A stretch of DNA of 64,000 nt from Octopus vulgaris (lineage: Eukaryota), in contig OX597819.1 in the NCBI GenBank assembly GCA_951406725.2, forward strand, positions 31,124,001 to 31,188,000, given 5' to 3'. The notes below the pieces were generated by a model. That model did no database searches and was not told where the DNA came from. It worked only from the letters and a program-made list of their open reading frames with translations. The position numbers and the translations under genes were made by a program. This document shows positions 27,086 through 41,705 of this stretch, in pieces; within the stretch, counting starts at the first letter, position 1, and every line of letters begins with the position of its first letter.

Positions 27086-28348
27086 ACTATAGTCCTGGGC
27101 TAACCAAGGTCTTGAGTGGATTTGGTTGATGAAAACTGAAATCCACTACACATATATATATATCATTATCATCATCATCATTTAACGTCCGTTTTCCATG
27201 CTAGCATGGGTTGGATAAATATATAATATATATATGGGTTCGTCCAACCCGTAAATATATTATATATTTATCCGGAAGAATATATGTTTGTCCTTTAATA
27301 GGAATTTTATCCATAGATTTCTAATGTTTTTTCCTCATACATTATTTACAAATTTTAAAATCATATAGGTATGAAAGTATGTAAAGAAATAATCAATATA
27401 AGACTTAATTTATTAATCAAAGTTGAATAAATTTCATCAAATAAATGAAATGAAGCAGACTGGATGTTAAAATGGATTATCCTTTTATTTCATATTTAAT
27501 GAAATTTATTTGATTAATAAACTAAGTCTTATATTGATTATTTCTTTTGAGTTTTTATTTATATATATATATATATATATTCCCGTTATATATATATATA
27601 TATATATATATATTCCCGTTATATATATATATATATATATATGGAGACGCAATGGCCCAGTGGTTAGGGCAGCGGACTCACGGTTGGAGATTGCAGTTTC
27701 GATTCCCAGACTGGGCGTTGTGAGTGTTTATTGAGCGAAAACACCTAAAAGCTCTATGAGGCTCCGGCAGGGGCTGGTCCCTCCAAGGCACAAGTCTGGG
27801 CCAGGTTGTTTATGGGAGACCAGCAGTTGCCCATGCATACCAGCCTCCCTTCTCCACACCACCGATGTTATCCAAAGGAATGGCAAAGGCCAATACAGCT
27901 TGGCACCAGTGATGTCACAACTTATTTCTACAGCTGAGTGAACTGGAGCAACATGAAATAAAGTGTTTTGCTCAAGAACACAGTATGGTCCAGGAATTGA
28001 ACTCACTACCTCATGATCATGAACCTGATACTCTATACACTGAGCCATGTGCCTTCACCAGGCCTACTGGTTAATCATGTTGCATTCACAATTGTGAGAT
28101 AGTGGTTTCCATTCCCAGACTGGTTGCATGTTGTGTTCTTGAGCAAAACACTTCATTTCCCATTGCTCCACTCCACTCAGTTTTAAATGAGCAACCCTGC
28201 AATGGACTAGCCTTCTGATCAGGGGGAACACTAGCCGGCTCACTGAGCCAGCAGGGTGGCATCATTCAAAAGTTAAAACAATTCAAAGCACATTGTGACC
28301 AGTGATGTCTAACATCTGATTGTCTGGTCAGTCACATGATATACCTGT

Positions 28349-28579
28349 TTCTTTACTACCCACAAGGAGCTAAACACAGAGAGGACAAACAAGGACAGAC
28401 AAACGGATTAAGTCGATTATATCGACCCCAGTGCGTAACTGGTACTTATGTAATCGACCCCCGAAAGGATGAAAGGCAAAGTCAACCTCGACGGAATTTG
28501 AACTCAGAACGTAGCGGCAGACGAAATACTGCTAAGCATTTTGCCCAGCATGCTAACGTTTCTGCCAGCTCGCCGCCCT
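28349..28579 (-). mobile_element. SINE family B
   Basis: Near-duplicate of 889-1121. Confidence 0.8.
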
Positions 28580-31035
28580 TCACATGATATATCATCATCA
28601 TCAAATAGTATGAGATGGACAGTTTGATAGGATCAAGCAGGACAGAGGACTATGTGAGCTTCCAATGTCTTTTTTGGCATAATTTCTGTGGCAGGATGCC
28701 CTTCCTGTCATCAAACCACTTTGCAGAGTAAACTGGGTACTTTTTCATGTCACTGGCAGTAGTGAGGTCACTAAGTTGCTCTCAAAACAAGACCCCTTGA
28801 CTGAGGTGGGTGTAATATTGAGGGAGGTGGCTTATACCAGGTGTTGAGAGGCAAGAGTATGATTTAGGGATAGGGACAAGTATTTTGCTGAGGAGATTCA
28901 TAGCTACCCCAGATGGAAAAGGAGAGAAGATGGTGGTGATGTCAGGATATATCATGGTACAAAGAGGTATTACAATTTCTCAGCTAACAAGATGTGTAAT
29001 TAGAGAATATAAAACAATGTGAAAAGCAATTAACAGACATTCTGGTTACTTATTCAACCAAAATATCTTAAACAATGTTCTATATTCTAATTACATAAAT
29101 ATATAGGCCTAGGCATAGCTGTGTGATAAAAATTGCTTGCCAACCACATGATCTCAAGTTCAGTCCCATTGTGTGGCAACTTCGGCAAGTGTCTTCTTCT
29201 ATAGCCCTAGGCCACCTGGGGCTTTGTGAGTGGACTTGGTAGATGAAAATTAAAAAAGGGCCACTCCATATATGTACATATCATGTGTATGTGCATGTGT
29301 GTGTGTATGTGTGTGTTACTGTTTCCTTGCCTTGGCTTCATGTAACAGTTGTAAACAAATGTGACTGTCATGCAAAGGGGTCTTTCATTCCCAATCTTCT
29401 GTGTAAACATGTTTGGTTGTGGGGAATATTACTTCACTGGGGAACAGGTGAGGGTTGCTGACAAGAAGAGACAAGAAGCTGTAGAAAATCTGTCTCAACA
29501 AATTTCATTCAGCCCATGCAAGCATGGAAAAGTGGACATTAAATGATGATGACGATGATGATGTCAGATTAGTGTTTTTCTGAAATTCAAGGAGCCATTT
29601 AATCAGTGTTTAATTCTACTTCAGGGGCTGCTGATATACAAACATTCCCTTGATATCATATCCAACTCAGCAGTCCCATTTAAAGCTTTCTCCAACACAC
29701 AATGAAATTAAATATTAAAAAAAAAACAAAAAAAAAACAGAATGAAAAGGAAAAAGAAACATTACATTCTTTTATTACTTTTTTAATCAAATCACAAATT
29801 TAAAAAAAAATATATAAATTCATAAAGTGGGTGGGGAAATGTGTGATAGAAATATCAAAGAATTGTCTGAGTCTAGCTGGAATCAATCAATAGAAATCAA
29901 AAGCTAATTAATGTAAACCTATAGTAATTAATTCATCAAAATCACACTATTATTATTTCGTAGTTCAATAGCACAAGAATAGAAAGGAACAAAACTTGGT
30001 AGGTAGTCATCATCATCATTATTATTATTATTATTAAAGAGACCAGCTCTTTAGTAAGGAATCAAGTTAGTAAATGCCTATTTTATATAATGATGTCATT
30101 GTTTGTAGAAACTAACCTATTACTGTGATGACACAGTAACTATTGAAACAATCATCATCTGTGAAGCAAGTTTTAAAAAGGGTTTTAATAGCAAACCCAC
30201 TTTTTAAAAATCTTTGTCATGTTTATGGCATTACACGAAATTAGCATATAATTCCAATCAACTTCTGATTGTAAGTAATTCTAAGTGAGGCTGGCAATTT
30301 ATCAAATTGCCTTCCTTATATGCAAGCAACTTCATTGTACAAATGCACATGTGTATATGTGTATGTAAGAGTATGTTTGTGTGTGTGTGTGTATGAATAA
30401 TTCTTCATAAGTACAGAGATCATAGCCATGTAAGAATTTTGTTTCAAAAAGAAATAAAAGAAACATTTATGGAAGGAATTATATTTTGGCATTAAAGAAA
30501 AAAAAACCCCGCAAAAACTCAAAATATTAAATAAATAAAAACATGGCAGTTTGGTAAATTAGTGCTTTGAGAGAATGGCAGTTCAACAGACTCATCAGAA
30601 GGGACAGTATGGGCTTATATGACATTTAAAAGTTGGGGGGACATAGTATTGGGTTTTTGAAGTGTCTGTATGCAAAAGACGGAGAAGAGAGTGCTTCAAC
30701 ATACAATAGCACAGCAAATTTTTATAGAAAGCGAATAAAAAATTAACTCTAGTTAATTCGAGCAAGCTTCTGAATAGAAAATACTTGGCAGTTATAGATA
30801 AAAAGGCATTTTGGCATCACACCTTTTGTTACACCTTTTAATTAAGGGCTTGCTTTGCAAACCTCTATTTCAACAAATGAGACAAGCCCTACCCCCTTCC
30901 CAAAAAGCAATAATAAAACAGCTTCTTTCACCTCCAAGAGACTGCAATAACTAAATAAATTAAATATCTCAAGAAGTTTCAATTTTCACAGCATCATTTA
31001 ACCTATTGGAATCAATACTCTGTTACAACAGCAGG

Positions 31036-31036
<1 letters not shown>

Positions 31037-31088
<52 letters not shown>

Positions 31089-31256
31089 CATACATGTATA
31101 TATATATACATACATACATATATACATACATATATATATATATACACATACATATATACATACATGTATATATATATACATACATACATATATACATACA
31201 TATATATATATACACATACATATATACATACATATATATATATATATACATACATA

Positions 31257-31292
<36 letters not shown>

Positions 31293-31659
31293 CATACATA
31301 TATATATATATACATACATATATATATATACACATACATATAGATATATATATATACACATACATATATATATATACACATACATATAGATATATATATA
31401 TACACATACATATATATATATATATATACATACATATATATATATACACATACATATAGATATATATACACATACATATATATATATACACATACATATA
31501 GATATATATATACACATACATATATATATATATATACACATACATATATATATATACACATACATATAGATATATATATATACACATACATATAGATATA
31601 TATATATATATATATACATACATATACATACATATATATATATATATATATACATACAT

Positions 31660-31698
<39 letters not shown>

Positions 31699-31755
31699 CA
31701 TACATACATACAGATATAGATATATACATACATACATACATATAGATATATACAC

Positions 31756-31786
<31 letters not shown>

Positions 31787-31811
31787 CACACACATACATA
31801 CATACATATAT

Positions 31812-31875
<64 letters not shown>
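31037..31875. repeat. About 840-bp compound (TA)n/(TACA)n microsatellite with higher-order units
   Basis: Recurrent TACACATACATATA(GA)TATATATA units; source of the spurious Y/I/V/C/M ORFs. Confidence 0.95.
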
Positions 31876-32411
31876 GAATAAATGAAAAGAATGGAGTCGA
31901 ACGAAGATTTTAACAAAATTCCTTTACTTTCGACACATGTTTCGAAGACTGCATATTCTTAATTCCGAAGGAATAAAGTGTGCATTATGCCGTCTTCTCT
32001 TCAGGAAAGACAAGGAGCCTCTATCAGTCTCACGACGAACAAAAGCTTTTTGATGACTGCCTACATTGTGTCCACAGTGATAATGAGTGTTTTTTTTTAA
32101 AATTATCCGTTATTAGCAATGACGTCAAAATTGGTTGGAAGGAGGAAGTATTAATAATGCACACTTTATTCCTTCGGAATTAAGAATATGCAGTCTTCGA
32201 AACATGTGTCGAAAGTAAAGGAATATTGTTAAAATCTTCGTTCGACTCCATTCTTTTCATTTATTCATATAAAAAAAACACACAAATTTCCACACAGGAA
32301 CACGGGGTTTTGCCCTTGGCATGTAGCTTCAACTGTGTTTTCTGACGTAAATTTGCTACCCAGGTATCGATTAACCGAATTATCCATACTAGGATAATTC
32401 ATTCACCTACT

Positions 32412-32415
<4 letters not shown>
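31871..32415. mobile_element. Penelope-like terminal-repeat fragment with a 118-bp inverted repeat
   Basis: Arms 31871-31988 and 32154-32271 with one mismatch; GACACATGTTTCGAAGAC...TCTTCAGG motif; embedded in (TA)n. Family assignment is inferred; similar fragments near 11230-11460, 23440-23700, 27383-27548. Confidence 0.55.
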
Positions 32416-32457
<42 letters not shown>

Positions 32458-32476
32458 CAGATATATATATACATAC

Positions 32477-32525
<49 letters not shown>

Positions 32526-35500
32526 TATTTATATATGTGTGTGTGTGTGTTTTCAGAATTAGGTAATGTTTAAAAGGAGGGTTATAGCCAAACATACAGC
32601 AATACAGAATTTAATAAACTTACTTTTAAAAAATGCAAATTCTGAGTGGATTTTTGCAAGTAAGTAAACTGATGAAATGAGGAAGAAGAAAAAATTCAAT
32701 GGACATTTAAAATATGGAATAAAGAATAATAATAATAAATGCTATGTACTTTAGAATGCATCTAAGGTACCCATGTTTAACATCGCAGACATACTCTGAA
32801 TAGAGTATAAACACAGGCAACAACACGTTGTCAATGTTATTGCAATTATAAATATTTTAAGGACAGCATAAATATACCTCCACATGCATATATTGTCTGC
32901 AGGCCACAAGTTGGAGATCCTTTGGGGATTATAAAAAAAAATGTAAGTGCATACACAGACACACACACACAGTCTGTTTCTCTCTCTCTCTCTCTCTCTC
33001 ACACATACACACAGAGGTAGACATTTTTGGGGCTCACACAAACTGTACATAAAAGTTAGTGATAAAAAGAACTATGAATTTGTGACTATACTTTAGGCAC
33101 TAAGTCACTGATCAACTTTCTTTAAGAAGCAATTGCAAAGCAGTATTAATTAAAAATATAAAAAAAAGTTTTCAAAATCATAAAAGTTACATCTTTTTAA
33201 GTAAAAGGTTCTAAACAGTAATAGTTTAAACATAAAATTTATCTAAGTTATCTAGAAACAATTAACTCAAACTCAATTGATAAAATTTTCAATAATCTAG
33301 CAGTTTAAAAATTTAATGAATGCACACACTAATTACTTTGATCAACTGATGATAGAGACAGGGATTTTTAAATCAAAATAATATTTACCATTTTACAAGG
33401 CTAAGATGTAATTTTTCAACATTGCTCACACAAACTAAATAAACCCAAATATATTTTCTATAAATGACTTGGAATTTTCTACAGCCATTAACAAGAGCTC
33501 AATCCACAACTATGAAGTTTTTAGAACTTAAAATACTGATAAAAATGGATGAACATCTTTTTATTCATACTGTATAAAGAGAATAATGAATGTAGGATGC
33601 AAGAAAATTGGGAAGTATGGTTTGGTACTAAGTTATTTAATTATCTGAATATGCTGTGTTATAATACTGTGTTTACTGATTGTACTTCCTTCTGGTTAAA
33701 GTCATACCATTACATAGAATGGTGAGGTAATAGGTTTGATATCGTAGAACAAGTGATCTTGCTTATAACTGGAGAATTCAGGGGGGTTGATGTTTTTATT
33801 GATTTCCAGATGGGTGAAATGCAAGATGAAATCCACACGGAATTTGAATACAGAACAGTGAAGCACCAGATTATGTAGCATAGGGCATCTATGGCCATCT
33901 GCTTAATGTTACTAAGGATTTCTTTGTTTCAATTTTAGAGTTGAAACAAAAATACATTTGAGTATCTGAGACAAATTGATGAACAAACATTAGTTCTTGA
34001 TTTCAAAGTCTTTTTTGTTTTTTTTTTAACCTATGATAAAGGTTGAGAGAGAAGTTTCTATATCAAGGACACATTACAATGCCTGTAGCATTAATGAACA
34101 AAAGAATCAGGAGTAAGGGGCCTATTGTCATATAAGATAATTATTTCAACTTTAGCAGAAGGCCACAATTTTGGAAGGAGGGAAAGTGAAATCAACCCAA
34201 TATTTGAATGGTAATTATTCTGTTAATTCCAGAAGGATCACAGGTAACAATAGACCCTGGCAAGATTTGAAAGTGAAGATAGAGAATTAGAATAAATAAT
34301 GTAAGCCATTTAGTTTGGTGCTCTGTTTCTGCCCAGTACACCACATAATGTCAAAACCAACAGAGGATCCATTTACTTTAACCCCTAACAATAATAATAA
34401 TTACAATAAAAATAATAATGATACTTAGGCAATATGCCTGAGATATAGCAGGGAAACAGAAGATTGCCAATAAAAAATGAAGGCAACATGCTATCACTGA
34501 CAATGAAAATCAATTTATAACAACAAAAATTCCATCAACAATGTTAAGATTATATCTCACACGGCTTCTTTGGATGTGTTGAAATTTAACTATTTCTGTT
34601 AAAGACAAACCTAATAAATATTTAAAAACAAATTATTATTATTATAAGACTAGAAAATAGATTTATCTCTTCTTTTTCATGTAGTTCTCTGTATAGCATA
34701 CTAGTGTGCGTTGAGTGGCAACTGGTTTACACCAGAGTCACATATTTGTCTGCTGTCTTCTTTTGGCTGTTAAGGTTTTAAATAAGCAAACCCATTTAAA
34801 TGGTAATAAACATTTCTCTTTGATCCCCACCCTTCCCTTGCTTTAAAGTCTCCTTTCAATTTTCAGAAAACTCAAAAAAACAGAGAAGATAAAAGAAATG
34901 GGAAAGCCTGAGATTAGATTGGAACTGGACAAGTTACAGCAACATTGTTTGAATATATAAAGATCAATAAACTAATATTTAAGTGTCTGTGTGTGTGTGT
35001 GCAAATATTTTGTATGCTTATTTCTATACATAAATGTCAGGTTTGTATAAATTTTGGATTTAAGGCAGGCACACCAATTGTAGAAAAATGTTTTGTTCTT
35101 TTTATTAAAAGGATTTTTTTCTCTTTTCAAAATTATAATCTAAAATTAGATATTTTAATTTTCAACAGTGTCATATATTAAAATATTTTTATCCTCAAAA
35201 TGCATATGTAAATGAGCCAAGATTTTTCAATGATTTTTATTTGTAAATATTAAATGTGAACATGTGTAAACAAACAGGATTGAATAAGAAATACTATGGG
35301 TAATATGGAAATTAAACCGATTTCCCTTTACTATCAAGCTACTGCCACTGCACCATTTATAAAGTTACATAAACTTACATTTCTATGTCATGTAGATGAG
35401 ATCATTTTAATTATACTAAAATAATTTACTTCAGCTTCCACGTCTTCTCGCCCTATTTTCTCTGTTTGTTTACACATGTTCTTATTATAATAATTTTCTT

Positions 35501-38052
35501 TTAATAATCAATTAAACTTTAACATTTTATAAAACTGAAACAACAGAAGTTCATAATGGCAGTTGTCAAAAAAGAAAATTTGGCAAACATAAAGAACCTA
35601 CATGACCAAAAACAAGAGAATGCAGTGCATTCGTTATTGGATATTTTCAAACAGGAATTAACGTACGTTCAAATTGTGTAACTGGATAGGCTGCACCTAA
35701 TTACCAACATCTTACAGTTAATTTATTTTCTTGATTTCATTCACCCTGTTACAAGCACTAACAATGTTAAAATATTCGGGCTAAAGACTACAAAAAACCT
35801 CAAAAAGAACCAGTGGCAGCCAAAGTGAATTAGAATAGGTCCATTTGGAGGATAGCTTGAATGAGCACTGGTTTGATTTTTTTCTCAGCAAAACCATTAC
35901 ATAACTTTGGTAATATTTCTAAACCATATCACTGAGAAATATTCTTTATCAAGCATTTCTGTACATATTAAAATGAAAACATTTTTGAAAGTATTTCATA
36001 ATTCTTATCATTGTCCATGTAGGCATGGGTAGACAGGTGAGAAATATATATTATATATAATGCTTTTGTTTTTGATTCTTTATATTTGCCAAGAGTTTAA
36101 CAAGAGAAATAAAAAAAAAAAAAGAATCTCACGGTTTTTATAGAACCAATTCTTCTTTGTTTCAAAAAGGATTTATATTTAAGGTTAAAAAGCAAAATAT
36201 CATTGATGTCTCTATTTGTTTTCAATGGAGGGTGTCAGGATATTATAACAGTGAGAGATAAAAAAAAATGCTAAACATTCAAGAGTGGTTTAGGAAGAGA
36301 AATGAAGAAACAATTCAGTGTACACGTCCAATTCATGTGGAAGTGTACCATTAATTAAAATTGTGATTATAAAAGTGAATTTTAAAATTTTTAAAAGGAT
36401 TTTTTCTTTCTGTCCTTTCCATGCAGCTAGCAATATTGGATGACTTTGTTCAATTTCTTTTTAAACAATTCAATGACATTTCTAATCTTAAATTTCAACC
36501 ATAAATAGGAGTAGCATGTGTCGTGTTTTTTTTAGTTTAGTGACAAAGGATAATAGAACAGCTGTATCAGGATTTGATCTGTTGAACTGGTGACTGATAG
36601 TCTAGCACTGTAGCCCTACAGCCACTGTGTTTTTATTATCATTATAATGCAATACTGGAATTTACCATAAATCAATATTTGGTTTGATGCAACCAGATGT
36701 ATTAGATTTTGGATGTAGATCAATAAAGATGCTACTAAAATCCAAAATTATGATTCACAGAAGATCAGAAATAAAATTTAGAACAAGTGATTGAAGACAA
36801 TTTAAAAGTGTGATTGCATCTGAGAACAGCTGATTGTACGTCAAGCTGCCTGACCATTTTTGCTGTTAACAGAAGTATTTCATATGAGATACTAAAAGAA
36901 TGGTTAAGAGAATACCTGAGATTTCATCAGCCTGTCATTGGTAAAATATTACTTAATTGGTTAACAGGAATTTCATAATTACTCACTGTTTAAAGATTAA
37001 TCTTAATAATGTCAGATCATTCTGTTATGATTTTGACCTGTAAAAGATAAATCCAATGCCAAGACTGGTCATAGTATATCTGGGGAATAAGTAATTTAGA
37101 GATCTGTTATTTGATTAATAATACTTAGGGATTGTTTTCTCTAGGGCAGGACATTTGGCTTAAATTCCTTCAATAGTTTGATCAAATGACTTGATGACAA
37201 GGCATACATCAAATACAGCCACTGGTGCAAAGGCATGGGTCATCAAGTCATGGACATGCAGAGGTTCATTATGCTGCCTAGTAAGTCATTCCATTAAGTG
37301 ACAAACTGTAACACACAGCAACTTAACGACCAGGGTGTGTCAATAGGTCCATAAGTCTATGAAGTATATTCTTGACAATGACATAAACTGCCACAGTTGC
37401 CAAATTGACTTAAATAGGAAGCCTAATAATTACTTTATGCTAGTAATTCAAATAAACCAAAGTCTCACAAATACATCAATGCATTATAGATTTTTTTTTG
37501 TATGACAATTAGAAAGCAATAATGAAGTAATTATTCTAAAAATAAATAAAAATGAGAAACTGCAATTCCTTCACAATGATAATGAATGAAGATTTGGGGG
37601 AAAACTGAAAAAAAAAAAGTAAAATTTCTTAAAATAGATGAATAAATAATTATAAAAAAAAAAAATAATAAATTCCCTCAGCAATGCACCTATTTTACCA
37701 AATTAAATTTAGAGTGAAAATGAGTTGTTGTAATTAACAATATCTCATTAATAGATGGTCAACTTAAATGGCCAATATGCAGCTCTTTGATGGAGAAACT
37801 GTTTAAATGGCATTTTCCGCTGCCTTCGCATAGAAGCCGACATTGGTAGTGGTCAGTGTCTGGTCATAGAGCTTATACAACAACCAGTGGGTGACGGGTC
37901 TGTTGGCACTGACTCTCTCCTCCTCGTCTTTATTCTATGTCTCCTCATTTTGTCATGGGTTTGGCTTGGACCACAGCTCAGCTTGAAGCATTAGGAACCT
38001 CGTCACTTCGATAAACAGGGTAACAAGGAAATGATTTCAGAAGAGGAACATT

Positions 38053-38183
38053 TCATGTTACTTTACACCACTTGAGGAAGCTGGGAACATCCTTCACAGG
38101 AACATTGTAAGTGTGGGCTTTCAGGCGTAAATTACGATCATCAGTGAGAAGGACTACATCACGGTAAATGCGGTTAGGCTCAT
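38053..38183 (-). CDS. SMG6: SMG6 terminal coding exon (PIN C-terminus)
   Basis: gttattcag|AT GAG CCT...TGA; DEPNRIYRDVVLLTDDRNLRLKAHTYNVPVKDVPSFLKWCKVT*; LLTDDRNL catalytic motif. Confidence 0.95.
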
Positions 38184-40967
38184 CTGAATAACAAAGTAAA
38201 CAAAAAAAAAAGCAATGATAATGAAAGAAACAAACAATTGAAAAACTTTCTTTGTCAAACATTTTTTAAGTTCTATAAATTCTAATTTTAGATATAAATT
38301 AAAAAGTAAAATATAAATTTTTTTTTGTGAAATCCTTTATAAATGACAATATTTTCAATGAGACTTAGAATGTAATCATGGAGACAGAACAAAACTAGGA
38401 CTAAAGAGAAAAATAGAGACACCTCCACCCACACACACACACACAATGCAATATTAACCCAACCTCATACCTCATATTAAAATGTTTATACACATGTGCA
38501 TACATACACATATCAAATAAAGTATGTCTGTTTGTCAATTGATATGCATGTGTAATCACACACACACACACACATTAATGATTGTCAAAATACAACATAA
38601 TATTTCTTTATGACAGTAGTAGTTTCAGTAATAGTAGTAGCAATATAAAAAAAAACAGTTTTCCAGGTACACGGCTAAATTTGTAATCTTAGAGCTGGAA
38701 TCAACTTCAAAACTGAGATGCTGAATTAGAAACCATATTTCATTTAGTCAGTACACTATCATGAGTATCAGGGATTGGTAACAGGTAGATTGTGACCCAC
38801 AAGTGAGCAACTAAAGTGTTCTCAGTGAGACTTGAACCTTTTCTAAAAAAATTCTCAAATTCAATATAAATGCACACCCTCGATCAGTTGATGGCTTTTA
38901 AGTAGACTTTTGTGTCAGGATTTGTTATTGAATTTTTACTAGCATACAAAGGTGGTGCTCCAATATAGCCCCAGCCTTTGGCTGAAACTAGTAAAAGATA
39001 CACACTGATAGTGATAGAAATTAACTGATTTGTGAGGATATTTTTATCTGTAAGATTATCAACATCATTATTTAATGTCTGTTTTCTATGCTGGCATATG
39101 GTGGATGATGTGAGAGGATTTAATGAGTTGAAACATTCCATCATGCTCCAGTGTTTCAGTTTTGGCATGGTTTCTATGGTTGGATGGCCTTCCTAATACC
39201 AACCACTTTACAAAGTGTACTGGGCACTTATTTTTTTTTGTGGCGCTAGTGAGACAGAAGAGATCCCACAACTGAAAGGAAACTAGAATTATTGACCATG
39301 TGCATATGTAAAAAAGAAAATAAAAATCAAAAGTGGGTTGTTACTCTCTACAATTATAAAAGTTACATAAAATATCAATGTTTTTAAGGAATGCTAGGAC
39401 AGTTTATAGATGAAATCAAGAATGCAAGGTCAAAATGTGTTGGTCCTGCCTTGATGTTGATGATTTTCTTTGACCATATAACATCCTTACATTGGGATAA
39501 TGACATACATTCTTCTATTATCAATCTCTAAGATGAGATTGAGCCATATTACCTTTACTCAGATGCCAATAAGGTAGCCATTAGGTTATCTATTATGTTC
39601 ATAAAATATCTTGTGATTATAGTTGTTCCCACAGTTGTCTCTGGCCAATAGGCTGTGCACCAGTAGATGTTTCCACTGATACACATTACAGTTTCATATC
39701 CTAACTAAAAAATAAATGGAGACTAACTCAAATGGGCATTTTATTCAACGCTCATGACATGTCATATCTTTTACCTGATTTTTGTCAATTGTATGCTGTG
39801 AATAACTTCTTTTATCTTAATCAAGATTGTGTAGAAGAAGGAGATCAATTCACTGGACTAATTTATTTTACTGGCTCCAAAGGAAAAACTTAGCATGGAT
39901 AAACCATGAATTATATAATTAATAATTATATATAATCATAGAAGTTCTGCACAAAAACAATAAAGTTTTAGTCAGAATATCAAGGGGAACAAAAAATACT
40001 GGTTTGGAAAAGCTAAATACTATACGACAGTCATATTTAGAATACTTAAAGGTTGAAGAGATTAAATTATATTTGCATATAAACATATACAAATAAAATA
40101 GTATATGAATAGGTGCAGGTGTGGCTGTGTGGTTCAGAAGTTTGCTTTGCAACATGTTTTCAGTTTCAGTTGTAATGTCTGGCACCTTTTCTCTCTCTCT
40201 CTCTCTTTCCCTCCCTCTTTCTCTTTTCTCTCTCTCTCTCGTTGCTCACACACGACCATCGTCCATCTTTCTTTTCCTGCATGACATTCTAAGGATGTCT
40301 TCCATCTATCTCTCTCTTTTATCTTTTCTCTTTTCAAAGAAAATATTTCTCCTAGCATTCTCTATATTCCTCTCTTTCTGGTCTAATGACCCTCCAGGTT
40401 TGTTTACATTCAGTTTCCTTGTATGTCTCCTCTGTCCTATTTTTGTTCCCAACTTTGACCCTCCATAAATCCAAAATTTTATTTTGAAATTTATGGGAGC
40501 AACTGTCTTCAATGACGCATATTGTTGTTGAATGCTTGAAATGAGGAGTAGATAGACAGCTGACAAAAGCTAAAATATAAAAACTTACTGTACAAACAAC
40601 TTACACTTTTGAAGTCACATTCAGTTAAAAATATTTCCAAATGATAAAAATATTGTGTATGTTAAATAGTCAATATTTATTTTTTCTTAAAGAGCGTGAA
40701 GAGTATGTGTGTGAATATGTCACGGATAGCAGATGTGTGTTTGTGTTGATTGACACGCCATGACATTCATTATATGAGTGTGTATTCTGTATCTGTGTTG
40801 ATGTCACAGAAGCCATGTTTTTTTTTGTCAAGAAATAACAAACAAAAATTTGTACTGCACTGTCGAAGTATGAAAATAAATGTGCAAAAAAATTAAGACA
40901 AAATATACTATTTCTGAGATATTTCAGGTACGTACAAACATCTCTAGAGTTTTAGTATTATTAAGAT

Positions 40968-40999
<32 letters not shown>

Positions 41000-41000
41000 A

Positions 41001-41031
<31 letters not shown>

Positions 41032-41056
41032 TACAGAAATATAAAATCGTTCAAAC

Positions 41057-41138
41057 CTTTCCCTTTTGGAATGAAATCTTTAGTAGTGTCTTTGCAATAG
41101 TGAAGGCAACAGGTAAGAATCAGGTCATCATTGTTTCC
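41057..41138 (-). CDS. SMG6: SMG6 PIN domain exon 3 (absent from the ORF track)
   Basis: ttccttcag|GGA AAC AAT GAT GAC...AAA G|gtttga; 82 nt, phase 0/1; GNNDDLILTCCLHYCKDTTKDFIPKGK, nearly identical to recalled human GNNDDLILSCCLHYCKD. Confidence 0.95.
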
Positions 41139-41396
41139 CTGAAGGAAAAAAAAAATGAAATGTGTTTCAAATAACCCTACTAAATAAAAAAAGTAAAATG
41201 TGGCATCTTCGTCAAGAATTTTCTACTGTAGCCATAAGCTGATCAATGCCATGTGAGTAAAATTATACAGAAATTGTGTGGAAGCTCATCACTCACTCCA
41301 CACTTAGACACATACATATATATGTATACAAATATTAATATGTGTGTGTGTTGTAGTATATAATTCAATGAGTAGGATAACCAGTTGATAGAAATG

Positions 41397-41705
41397 TTTT
41401 GTTTTTTTTCTGTTTGTTCCTTCTCAAGCCATGACTGGCTCATAAGGGCCAGTTTCCTTGGCGTATAGGTTCCCCACCTGGACGGGACGCTGGTCTGTCG
41501 CAGGTGAGCTGCAAGATGCAGGAGGAAAGAGTGAGAGAAAGTTGTGCCTAAGAGTCAGCAGAAGTTCGCTGTTACCTTCTGCTGGAGTCACGTGGAGCTT
41601 AGGTGTTTCGCTCATAAACACACATATCGCCCGGTCCGAGATTCGAACCCGTGATACCTCGACCGCGAGTCCGCTGCTCTAACCACTAGGCCATGTGCCT
41701 CCACT
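41397..41705 (-). mobile_element. tRNA-headed SINE related to family C, with A-rich tail and 14-bp TSD
   Basis: TSD AGTTGATAGAAATG at 41383-41396 and 41706-41719; head GGAGGCACATGGCCTAGTGGTTAGAGCAGCGG...GGTTCGAATC. Confidence 0.85.

Larger units (their letters stand above)
29750..38052 (-). other. SMG6: Putative long SMG6 3' UTR (up to about 8.3 kb)
   Basis: Marked drop in young SINE density after the stop codon; AATAAA at 29776-29771 followed by a T/GT-rich tract; other AATAAA at 33565-33560, 35106-35101, 36637-36632 and 37934-37929. Confidence 0.4.

Noticed and set aside
30998-31916. Long ORFs of 270-297 aa
   Set aside because: Translations of a TA/CA microsatellite; low complexity, not genes.
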